Below are positions 37,777 through 46,233 of a stretch of DNA of 56,500 nucleotides, one piece after another. Numbering within the stretch: position 1 is the stretch's first letter; each line of letters begins with the position of its first letter. The stretch is from a virus (lineage: Duplodnaviria; Caudoviricetes). The notes under the pieces were generated by a model. It was not told the DNA's origin. It worked only from the letters and a program-made list of their open reading frames with translations, and ran no database searches. The stretch lies in IMG/VR virus record IMGVR_UViG_3300001765_000046, positions 1 through 56,500 of that record; one strand, 5' to 3'. The translations under genes and the position numbers were made by a program.

Positions 37777-38329
37777 TTTTTTCTTCCATAATTGCTAAAT
37801 TAAAACCTATTTTAATTATCTGTGATAATGACGTTGGTGTTAATTTATTTATTTTATCATCATCCATTTTATCTATATTTACAATGGCATGGTATTCATT
37901 TTGGTTTATTTTAACCCCATAAGTCATTATATAATATAATGTTTTTTCTCCCGTTTTTAACTTAAAGTCATCATCAATGAAGGTGTATATTCTACCAAGA
38001 TTTTTTATTTCCCAATCGTTTTTATTTAATTCAAACATAAAAACCTTACCAATTTGTGATAAAAAAATAGATCTTACAATTTCTGTCGGGTCTTGTTTTG
38101 TTGATTCGGGTAATAAATCATTAATTTTAATAGAATAAGTACAACTTCTAATAAGATGATGTAATAAACCGCCAGGATAAGCACCGTACATATCTTTTGA
38201 AGATGTTGCAGGCGCATAATAAAACGCTTCCCCCAAAAAATTTTCTAATTCATCATTAAATATTTTATATTTCAAATTTGTTTTTTGAAACGTTTCTTTA
38301 TTTAATTCTATCTGTTTAGTGGTTAACAT
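37763..38329 (-). CDS. HD-domain-like (YhaM-type) protein lacking the HD pair
   Basis: APA..YGAYPGGLLHH; LSQIGK where LHDIGK is expected. Confidence 0.65.
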   Translation of the reverse strand: MLTTKQIELNKETFQKTNLKYKIFNDELENFLGEAFYYAPATSSKDMYGAYPGGLLHHLIRSCTYSIKINDLLPESTKQDPTEIVRSIFLSQIGKVFMFELNKNDWEIKNLGRIYTFIDDDFKLKTGEKTLYYIMTYGVKINQNEYHAIVNIDKMDDDKINKLTPTSLSQIIKIGFNLAIMEEKNGKK

Positions 38330-38337
38330 AAGATAAT

Positions 38338-38571
38338 TTATTTATTGTAATACGTTGGTGTGTTTTTTTGGTCAAGAACACATTCTATTGCTAATTTAGC
38401 AACTGACAAGATTTCACCACTTCTGGCGTCACCCCCAATATACTTATTACCAATAATTGTTGCTTCTTCAACACTTTCAGCCTCAACACCATATTTTTCT
38501 TTTTGGATACGAGGATTACCATTTCTGTCTAACTGTTCGGATTCATATCCTACTACTACTAAATAATACAT
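38338..38571 (-). CDS. DUF4494-like protein
   Basis: V.YE...NG....KE.Y.VEAES..EA pattern of this Bacteroidota family. Confidence 0.6.
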   Translation of the reverse strand: MYYLVVVGYESEQLDRNGNPRIQKEKYGVEAESVEEATIIGNKYIGGDARSGEILSVAKLAIECVLDQKNTPTYYNK

Positions 38572-38610
38572 AATTGTTTTGTTTTTAATTAATAAATTTT
38601 ACTTTCAATA

Positions 38611-38641
38611 CAAATATACATAAAAATATTTATAAAACAAA
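38611..38641 (-). promoter_or_regulatory. Bacteroidota-type promoter for the DUF4494-HD-dut operon
   Basis: TTTG-N19-TATATTTG. Confidence 0.7.
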
Positions 38642-38671
38642 AAAAAGGATGAAATAATTTGTTCATCCTTT
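38639..38671 (-). terminator. Intrinsic terminator
   Basis: AAAGGATGAA..TTCATCCTTT, with a T tract on the minus strand. Confidence 0.7.
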
Positions 38672-38784
38672 AATTTACTTTTAATTTTTGTTTTTTTTAT
38701 GAATAAGATAATCACATCCTCGTATAATACCTGATGAATCATGTACCCTTACTAATTTTTGTATACTTTTTTTTATTTGTTTAT

Positions 38785-39174
38785 TTATAATTCTTTAATT
38801 ATACGAAAATTTATATTTGTATAATCTAAATGTTTTTGTAGTTGTATATAAAAACAACCATTTATTTCGTTAGTTTCGGGATTATAATCCATTTCGAAAC
38901 CACTATTCAATAAATTATATTCTTCTTTAATCTGCTTAAGATATGTTGTACACACATTCCTAATATCTTCTTTAACGTAATGATAATCGGAAAAAATAAA
39001 ATTTGTGAATGATGTTCGTATCCAATTTTTTATTTTATGTGGTATATCTTCCTTTTTAATTAAAATAATTAATCCAACATTACCCATCATACCATAACCT
39101 TGGTTTTTATCGCTATAAACAAAAATGGTATGTGGTAACACTTTAGCATAAAAACATAAACCTTTATTATTCAT
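38785..39174 (-). CDS. Hypothetical protein
   Basis: 129-aa ORF abutting the glycosyltransferase gene. Confidence 0.65.
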   Translation of the reverse strand: MNNKGLCFYAKVLPHTIFVYSDKNQGYGMMGNVGLIILIKKEDIPHKIKNWIRTSFTNFIFSDYHYVKEDIRNVCTTYLKQIKEEYNLLNSGFEMDYNPETNEINGCFYIQLQKHLDYTNINFRIIKEL

Positions 39175-40407
39175 TTATTTAACTATTGATTTTAAAAATT
39201 GAACCCTGTCTTCACATACTTTTTTTAAACTATAATCAACTTTTACTGTTTCATAAAGTTTTTCACCTAAATCTTCTATTAAATTTGGATTTTTTATTAA
39301 TCTAATCATATGTTGTCCCCATTGTTTATGATTTTTACTTGTAGATACTAATAACGCATTACCTTTATCGTTATAACCACCACCTTTATTAAGTACAGAA
39401 ATTAAATCAATAGTATAAGGGTTAAATTCACTTGCTATAATGGCTTTTTTATGAAAACCCGCTTCAACCACCTTTAATTGTGATTTATTCATATTAAATG
39501 TCGTTTGAACTAATGGTGCTAAAGATATATCAAATTTATTGTAATTATTAGCATATTGATTTACAGGTTTAGTCCAAACTCTACGATATGTTTCATTGGT
39601 GTCGTCATAGTTATTATCTTCTTTATAAGTATTTAGATATTCTCGATATTCAGGACTAATATATTTATAATTACTTGTGAAAATTTTTTCATAACTTGTC
39701 CAAACACTTTCTTCTGGCGTTATATCTCTTTCCTTTACTTGACCATTGGTTTTGTCCACTTCTCTAATTTTACCCCTTAAATCAAACCCACATAAAACTA
39801 ATTGTGTTTTATCTTTATATTCATTTAATGTTGCGTCTATTCCATTTCTTAATAATTCTAAATCGAATAAGTGACTTGATCCCCCTAAAAACCCGAATCT
39901 AATTTTTTCAGATTTTTCAGGGTTGGGAATATATTGTTTTTCTGTTTCATCGATAGCATTTGGAAATACTAAAACATTAGACATTTTAAATTTCGTTTTA
40001 ATAGAGTTTCTAAAATATGGTGTAGTGACAGTAATGTAAGATCCTGATTTTAGCCATTTTATTTTCTGTTCCGCTATTTTACTTTCTCTAGCATATTTAT
40101 ACATCGGATGTCTTGGGTCTAAACCCCAATAGTCATCAAAATCTATAATAACTATCTTTCCTTGTTTTTTTAACCATTCAACCCTATTTATATTTTCATT
40201 CATATCTACATTAATATGTATGAATGAATGTGCAACTATTATTTGATAATTATCGAAAATTTCATCAGTGTTTGGTACATTAACTAAAAAATCAATGTGG
40301 AAATCATCAGTGTAATTTTCTTGTATGAAAGTGAATGGTGAAATTAGACGAAATTTACCGACACCTGATGCGTCTGGAGGAATAACTAGAATATTAATTT
40401 TTGACAT
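39175..40407 (-). CDS. GT-B (family 4-like) glycosyltransferase
   Basis: GVGKFRL..P, DFDDYW, FPNAID, GGSSHLFD, DISLAPL..FN..KSQLKVVEAG. Confidence 0.85.
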   Translation of the reverse strand: MSKINILVIPPDASGVGKFRLISPFTFIQENYTDDFHIDFLVNVPNTDEIFDNYQIIVAHSFIHINVDMNENINRVEWLKKQGKIVIIDFDDYWGLDPRHPMYKYARESKIAEQKIKWLKSGSYITVTTPYFRNSIKTKFKMSNVLVFPNAIDETEKQYIPNPEKSEKIRFGFLGGSSHLFDLELLRNGIDATLNEYKDKTQLVLCGFDLRGKIREVDKTNGQVKERDITPEESVWTSYEKIFTSNYKYISPEYREYLNTYKEDNNYDDTNETYRRVWTKPVNQYANNYNKFDISLAPLVQTTFNMNKSQLKVVEAGFHKKAIIASEFNPYTIDLISVLNKGGGYNDKGNALLVSTSKNHKQWGQHMIRLIKNPNLIEDLGEKLYETVKVDYSLKKVCEDRVQFLKSIVK

Positions 40408-40455
40408 ATTTTATAATTTTATTTAAAAATATATAAAATATATAAAAAAGAAAAT

Positions 40456-40486
40456 AAAAAACCCCTTATTTTTTCAATAAGGGGGT
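40456..40486 (-). terminator. Intrinsic terminator
   Basis: CCCCTTATT-ttttc-AATAAGGGG with a flanking A tract. Confidence 0.7.
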
Positions 40487-40503
40487 CATTTTTTCAATTT
40501 TTT

Positions 40504-41124
40504 TTATTTAGATGGTCTAACACCTGTGATTTTACCTTTAAATATTGAATCACCTACTTTTAAAACCAAATTTTCGTTTATAGACGCGGTATCTTTGGCT
40601 GTTAATATTTGTGTCAATTTTTCGTCTAATACTTTACGAATAGTGTTTTCAATTATTGGTGTAAACGCACTAATTATTTCATTTAGATTAACACTATAAT
40701 CATTATTCGTCTGTTTTGAAACTTGTCGAGATTCTTGTATTTGTTTTACCGAACCACCATCATTCATCAGTTTTTTAGCTTTTTGTACTAATTTCATATC
40801 TAAAGTATTACTTAAATATATGTCTGGCTGAATAATTGGGTTTTCGATCATAACCTTTTTGATATTTTCAGGTAATCTCGATTCCTTTATTTTTTGTACT
40901 GATGTGACAGACGTGTTTTTTGGTGTATTAACAATTTCTGTCATATCAAGTAGTCCATCAGGATCTGAATACGACATATTTTCGTTGTTGTTTAAATATT
41001 CATCGACATAATTTTCATTGATGTTCTTATTTTTAATAGATGGTCTAACATCTGTGTTCATTGTTTTTTTAGCATTTGATAGTTTCGACATTAAATCGTT
41101 CTCACTAATTACTCCATTTCCCAT
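40504..41124 (-). CDS. Hypothetical protein
   Basis: 206 aa; SRLPENIKKVMIENPI; C-terminal VGDSIFKGKIT. Confidence 0.75.
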   Translation of the reverse strand: MGNGVISENDLMSKLSNAKKTMNTDVRPSIKNKNINENYVDEYLNNNENMSYSDPDGLLDMTEIVNTPKNTSVTSVQKIKESRLPENIKKVMIENPIIQPDIYLSNTLDMKLVQKAKKLMNDGGSVKQIQESRQVSKQTNNDYSVNLNEIISAFTPIIENTIRKVLDEKLTQILTAKDTASINENLVLKVGDSIFKGKITGVRPSK

Positions 41125-41154
41125 AATTTTTTTATTAAAGATAATTGTTTTTTT

Positions 41155-42009
41155 TTATTTTATCAAGCTTTTAAATTTAATAAGTACTTCCATAAGTTGA
41201 TTTTCTATTGATATGTTATTTTTTTTCAATAAATTATTAAATTCTTTTTGTGAATCATTACGAAATCGTAATCTAGTACCCTCACCTGGCTTTAAATTAC
41301 CAGAAATCATTCTTTGGTAGTTTTTAAATTCGTCTTCTTTTTTGTGATAAATAGTGTCTAACGCAAAATTATAATCTATTTTAGATATTGTTTTAACACC
41401 ATCATCATCTTTTATTTTTGGCGTGATCTCGTTAAAAACTTCTTGTGTGAAATTTCGTTTAGATAAAGAAGGACTTGATATTGGTTCATTTTCAGTATCT
41501 TGTGTCGGTTCAGTTATCGGTAAATCAATAGGTTCAGTTGTGTCGTTTGGTTCTTGGTTTACTGATTGTTGCGGTTCTATTTTAGACATATTCGGAGTTT
41601 CAACTGACGGTGATTTTTTATCTGACCAATATGGTGAAAATAATTCAACACTACTTAATGAATTCATCATTCCTGGCGCTTTACCTTGTTGATATCCTGG
41701 TATCTGATTTAAGTCAAAATTAGATAATTTAGGGTTGAATGTTGCTGACACTATTCTATCTATTCTAAACATTTTCCAATTTGGTAACCCCTTTTTTGAA
41801 ACACCTTTAAAAACATAAGCCCAAATAACTAAATTACCTGATTTTGCGTTAACACCTAACACAATAGGTATTATATCGATTCTAGGCCCAGACTTAACTA
41901 CACCTGCAGGGCCTCTATAATTTATTGTAATCGGTAACTTTTCTGTTATCGATTTCCTTATAATGTCTAATTTATTGTTTTCTTCAAGAAGTAATTTTAG
42001 AAATTTCAT
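41155..42009 (-). CDS. WYL-domain protein
   Basis: IRKSI....ITINYRG...GPR..I.P..LG.....IWAY....WKMFRIDRI. Confidence 0.75.
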   Translation of the reverse strand: MKFLKLLLEENNKLDIIRKSITEKLPITINYRGPAGVVKSGPRIDIIPIVLGVNAKSGNLVIWAYVFKGVSKKGLPNWKMFRIDRIVSATFNPKLSNFDLNQIPGYQQGKAPGMMNSLSSVELFSPYWSDKKSPSVETPNMSKIEPQQSVNQEPNDTTEPIDLPITEPTQDTENEPISSPSLSKRNFTQEVFNEITPKIKDDDGVKTISKIDYNFALDTIYHKKEDEFKNYQRMISGNLKPGEGTRLRFRNDSQKEFNNLLKKNNISIENQLMEVLIKFKSLIK

Positions 42010-42395
42010 ATTGTAAAATCAGGATACGATTTTTTATTTGGACCGTATTTTTCGTTTTTTATTAAATTTTCAGTTCTGGTATTAATATCCGTTAATGACC
42101 CAACTTGACCATTCACTTCACCCTTTCCTTTTTCATCCCCATTCGATAACGCATTCAAATGATCTGAATTGTATGGGTTTTTAGTTTTATATTCGTTTTT
42201 TATTAAATTTTCAGTTCTGGTGTTAATATCCGTTAATGAACCAACTTGTCCATTAAATTCACCCTTTCCTTTTTCATCCCCATTCGATAACGCATTCAAA
42301 TGATCTGAATTGTAAGGTTTTATTTCAGTATAATGATTTTTACTTAAATGTTCCAATCTTAATTGAATTCCCGTTTTTTCTAGTTCTGTTGCCAT
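42006..42395 (-). CDS. Hypothetical protein with a 47-aa internal duplication
   Basis: Two copies of PYNSDHLNALSNGDEKGKGE.NGQVGSLTDINTRTENLIKNE. Confidence 0.8.
   Translation of the reverse strand: MATELEKTGIQLRLEHLSKNHYTEIKPYNSDHLNALSNGDEKGKGEFNGQVGSLTDINTRTENLIKNEYKTKNPYNSDHLNALSNGDEKGKGEVNGQVGSLTDINTRTENLIKNEKYGPNKKSYPDFTI
42051..42314. repeat. Near-identical direct repeat, period 141 bp
   Basis: 42051..42173 matches 42192..42314 with few mismatches. Confidence 0.9.
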
Positions 42396-42396
42396 A

Positions 42397-42873
42397 TTAT
42401 TTATTTATTATTTCTTCAAATATTTTTGATAATTTAAGTGATGATATTGAATTTTTATCTGAATTAGATTTCATCAAATTCGTTGGTGGTAAAAAACTTG
42501 TTTTTTTCGTGTGTGAAGACAAAAAGGCATTTGTTCTTTCCCCTGTTATTGATGAAATGTTGTCACTTCTTTTTTTAGATTGTTTTCTTCCTTTAATTAA
42601 ATTACGTTCACCATCTAATGTTGATTTAGCCCATCTTTCCATTACTTCACCCCCATATAAATTAAATTTTTCAAAATCTATGTTTTTATTAATATTTTTT
42701 ATATCATGAATAATTCTTTTTAATTGACCATAAGTTACTGTACCCGTATTAACTAAATTACGTGCTCTTTTAATACCTTCAATATCACCGTTTTTATTAA
42801 CCATTTGATATTTTAGATGTTGCAACACATCATCAGGAATATTAAAAATTCTATCTTTTAAATCTTTATTCAT
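42397..42873 (-). CDS. Hypothetical protein
   Basis: 158-aa ORF in a late operon. Confidence 0.75.
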   Translation of the reverse strand: MNKDLKDRIFNIPDDVLQHLKYQMVNKNGDIEGIKRARNLVNTGTVTYGQLKRIIHDIKNINKNIDFEKFNLYGGEVMERWAKSTLDGERNLIKGRKQSKKRSDNISSITGERTNAFLSSHTKKTSFLPPTNLMKSNSDKNSISSLKLSKIFEEIINK

Positions 42874-43579
42874 TTTTTAAATAATTAATTATATCATCAA
42901 TATTAATATCATTATTTATTAATGATTGTTTCAACGATTTTATTTGTCTTAAAATAATTGGGTTAAAAGTTGTTTCATCAATTTCTTGGTTTTTAGACAC
43001 TATATCATTATATTTATTTTTATTTTTTAATATATTATCTATATATTCCTCAATGAACTCTTTTGGGTTTTCTATTAGTCTTATTTTTCCGTCAGGTAAA
43101 TCTTCATCGTAACCCATTTTTTCTGCCCTTTCTTCTGCTTCGTCATCAGGTAATCCCAGTTCATTTTCTAAATGATCAATAGCATCTTCATAATTTACAT
43201 CAGAACCTATCGTATCTTTAAATCCTAATGTTTTACTCATATCAGATTCACCCCAAAATCTTAAACGTGAGGTATTATTTGTTCCATTAATACCGTCTGA
43301 CCCCATCTGTCCATGACTCATGCCTACAACATCATCTGTTGTTGAATTTGATGTGATACCTTTAACTTTAAAATCCGCTGGTTTTTTATTAGATATGAAA
43401 TTGTCATCTTCATCGACAATTTCATCTAAATCCTCTTGATCTACTTTGGTTTTATTTTTTACCTTTTTAAAATTATCTTTTTTAGTTAAAGATTTATCAT
43501 TGACTTTAGTATCTAATTTTTTTTGTTGTTTTTTTGAAACAAACACCTCTTCAATTAATTGTGAAACAAATTTACTCAT
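42866..43579 (-). CDS. Hypothetical protein
   Basis: 237 aa; late motif at 43602..43594. Confidence 0.75.
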   Translation of the reverse strand: MSKFVSQLIEEVFVSKKQQKKLDTKVNDKSLTKKDNFKKVKNKTKVDQEDLDEIVDEDDNFISNKKPADFKVKGITSNSTTDDVVGMSHGQMGSDGINGTNNTSRLRFWGESDMSKTLGFKDTIGSDVNYEDAIDHLENELGLPDDEAEERAEKMGYDEDLPDGKIRLIENPKEFIEEYIDNILKNKNKYNDIVSKNQEIDETTFNPIILRQIKSLKQSLINNDINIDDIINYLKNE

Positions 43580-43593
43580 TTATTCTTTTTTTA

Positions 43594-43633
43594 TATAAAT
43601 ATCGTTTGAATTAAAAGATTTTAGATATTTATA
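43594..43633. promoter_or_regulatory. Divergent pair of late promoters
   Basis: ATATTTATA on minus (43602..43594) and on plus (43625..43633), each pointing at its own operon. Confidence 0.65.
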
Positions 43634-43666
43634 AATAAAAACATTTATTTTAAAAAAAAACATATT

Positions 43667-44512
43667 ATGGTAAATCAATTTTCTTGTTTTAATAACAATA
43701 TATCAGGGTTAATGCCTTTACGAAATATAATAGATGATGTCATTACAATCAATGACTGTGATTTTATCATACGTCCAAGAACTGAAAAAGGATGGACAAT
43801 TGATTTAACCTTTAATGCTAATGATTATTCTTGGTCGGGCGATTCTTTATTTTATTATTTAGGTATAAATAATGAATTTTTACCTGAAAATTTTATAGAT
43901 AATAATCTTTCTTTTTGGTTAACGTCAGATAGAAAAATTAAATGGAAAACGTATAAATTTATTTCAGATACCCAAAACAAACTTTTAATGGACTCAAGTA
44001 TTACTCTGTGTGATGGTGCTACAGAAGAATATTTTAATATTACTATTACATTTAAAAGAAATAGAGAATTTAATGATTGTAATTTATTAAATAAAGGCGG
44101 GTCAAACGATTTAATTACCGAATCAAAAATAATAAATCCAATAAACGTATTGAGCGGATCAACAGAAGAATATAGTTACACATATGGTTTTAATGAAAAA
44201 TGGGTGAATGAAGTTGATAGTAGATTAGGTACACTTAAAATGTATCTTAATGGAAAACCATTTTATAGTTTAAAAAATTGGGAAGAAATAATACCTACAC
44301 AACGCACATCAACCAACGAATTAACACAATCGTGGGGTACAGGAACAACAGGGTGTAATGATATCCATAATGGTACTTGTGATATTAACATTGTTGAAAT
44401 AAATTATTATGAAGAACCATTAACATTTATTGATATAAATAAAATTTTAACATTAAAACCATATTCTTTTAATACTTGTGAAAATTGCATGGATAATATG
44501 TCTAGTTTATGA
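43667..44512 (+). CDS. ConA/LamG-like structural protein
   Basis: GWTI...F, FYYLG, ITITF.R, LKMYLNG, YYEEPL. Confidence 0.55.
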   Translation: MVNQFSCFNNNISGLMPLRNIIDDVITINDCDFIIRPRTEKGWTIDLTFNANDYSWSGDSLFYYLGINNEFLPENFIDNNLSFWLTSDRKIKWKTYKFISDTQNKLLMDSSITLCDGATEEYFNITITFKRNREFNDCNLLNKGGSNDLITESKIINPINVLSGSTEEYSYTYGFNEKWVNEVDSRLGTLKMYLNGKPFYSLKNWEEIIPTQRTSTNELTQSWGTGTTGCNDIHNGTCDINIVEINYYEEPLTFIDINKILTLKPYSFNTCENCMDNMSSL

Positions 44513-44805
44513 GAAATAACAAAAAAATTGACATAATTATTGATAATTCAGAATATTATGATCTTGAATTATTTAATGATGATAATAACAATAACGAAAT
44601 TGATATTATTTTAGATTTATCAGAATATTTTGATTTCGAATTAATCGATGTCGATATTGATATTACGGAATTAGTTGAAATGTTTCCTATTTGTACTGAT
44701 TGTGGTGACGCTGTCGTATCATTAAACAGTGAATTCGGATTTCTTTTAACTGACGAGTATGAATATATAGAAACTGTTGATGGGAATTATCTTCAGTATC
44801 ACTAA
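44509..44805 (+). CDS. Small acidic hypothetical protein
   Basis: 98 aa; internal IDII.D.SEY.D.EL duplication. Confidence 0.7.
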   Translation: MRNNKKIDIIIDNSEYYDLELFNDDNNNNEIDIILDLSEYFDFELIDVDIDITELVEMFPICTDCGDAVVSLNSEFGFLLTDEYEYIETVDGNYLQYH

Positions 44806-44816
44806 AAAAAAATAAA

Positions 44817-46232
44817 ATGAGTAAAAGTAAACCAATAAATAAACTACCTATAAAAACTAACCCTTTATTAAGTGGTTATACTATTTATGAGGATTTAACG
44901 ACAACTTCTATTGTCGCTATTAAGGATCTTGTAGAGTTAATCGTAGATAATTCGGACTTATATCCGATAGTTACCGCAGAAACGTTTAATAGAATAACAG
45001 GGGATACTTATTTACAGAATCAGATTAATAATTTAATTATTAATAAATCTGATAGTGGTCACACGCATAACACGTCGGATTTAAACAACGATTCTGGATT
45101 TATTACCTCTGCCGATATACCAGCACAAATAATAACAGAAAATATACCAGTTCGTTTGTCTAATAATAAAACATTAGGTAAATACGTAAATGGTCAAACC
45201 ATTATGTCATCGGGTATGACAGTAACACAATTGTTTAAAGACATAGCGCTTGAAGCACTTGCACCAAGTGTTACTTTAACTACATCAACATCTATCGCTT
45301 TTAATCAAACATCTATTTCAAACATTTTAAATTTCACTTATACAATTAACTCACTTGGCGCAACAATAGGTTCGGTTTCATTAGATTGGAGAAGGGGAGG
45401 TACAGGTAATTGGGAAATTTTATCAACCAATACTGGTTTAACATCGTATACACATAATTACACAGATACAACAGGGAATACATCAACATTCAACTATAAA
45501 TACGTTGTTACAGATTCGGCTGGCGGAATTGCAACTGGAACAACTAATATAACACCATCTGCTTATGTTGCGCCAACATATAACACATCTGTCACCCAAA
45601 CAAAAGAGCTTGGGAATAAAAGTACCTTAATATCTGGCACTATAACGCCAGGTTCTACTAATTGTCCAATACAATATAGACATTTATATTATAGTGTGAA
45701 TAACACAAATTGGTATCTTATTTCAGGTGCTACTATTACGGGTAACACGGTAACATATACACATGATGATCCATCATTGTTAAATTCAACTACTGTTTAT
45801 TATAGATTAAGTATAATTGATACTAAACAAACTACTAATTTACCTATTGGTACAGTAACATATGTTTATAAATCGGTACTTGGCTATGTAATAACTTTAC
45901 CAGATTTAGACACTGATGGTACTTTAACAGAACAAGAAAAATTAACAACTATATTGGGAATAGGAAATAATGTCTTAACTAATTCAAAGGTTAGGACGAT
46001 ATCTAATGTTCAAACACCAACTATTAATCATTATACTTATTATGCATATAAGAGTACTGCTGGCGATGTCGTGTCAATACTACAATCGCCAGCGACTGAA
46101 ACAATAGGTAATTGGACAAAACAAACAGATATTTCTGGTTTTAATTTATATGGCGCAAATGTAACATATAGAATATATAAAACTAATCAACCTGGTTCAT
46201 TCAGTAATATTCAAACTTTAATAATAACATAA
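44817..46232 (+). CDS. Tail fibre/virion protein with Ig-like domains
   Basis: KSDSGHTH..DLNNDSGFIT; Thr/Ser-rich beta domains. Confidence 0.7.
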   Translation: MSKSKPINKLPIKTNPLLSGYTIYEDLTTTSIVAIKDLVELIVDNSDLYPIVTAETFNRITGDTYLQNQINNLIINKSDSGHTHNTSDLNNDSGFITSADIPAQIITENIPVRLSNNKTLGKYVNGQTIMSSGMTVTQLFKDIALEALAPSVTLTTSTSIAFNQTSISNILNFTYTINSLGATIGSVSLDWRRGGTGNWEILSTNTGLTSYTHNYTDTTGNTSTFNYKYVVTDSAGGIATGTTNITPSAYVAPTYNTSVTQTKELGNKSTLISGTITPGSTNCPIQYRHLYYSVNNTNWYLISGATITGNTVTYTHDDPSLLNSTTVYYRLSIIDTKQTTNLPIGTVTYVYKSVLGYVITLPDLDTDGTLTEQEKLTTILGIGNNVLTNSKVRTISNVQTPTINHYTYYAYKSTAGDVVSILQSPATETIGNWTKQTDISGFNLYGANVTYRIYKTNQPGSFSNIQTLIIT

Positions 46233-46233
46233 T

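Noticed and set aside
38680-38790. Possible -1 frameshift extension of ORF 38785..39174
   Set aside because: Short open frame with no start codon, no clear slippery heptamer and no recognisable motif.
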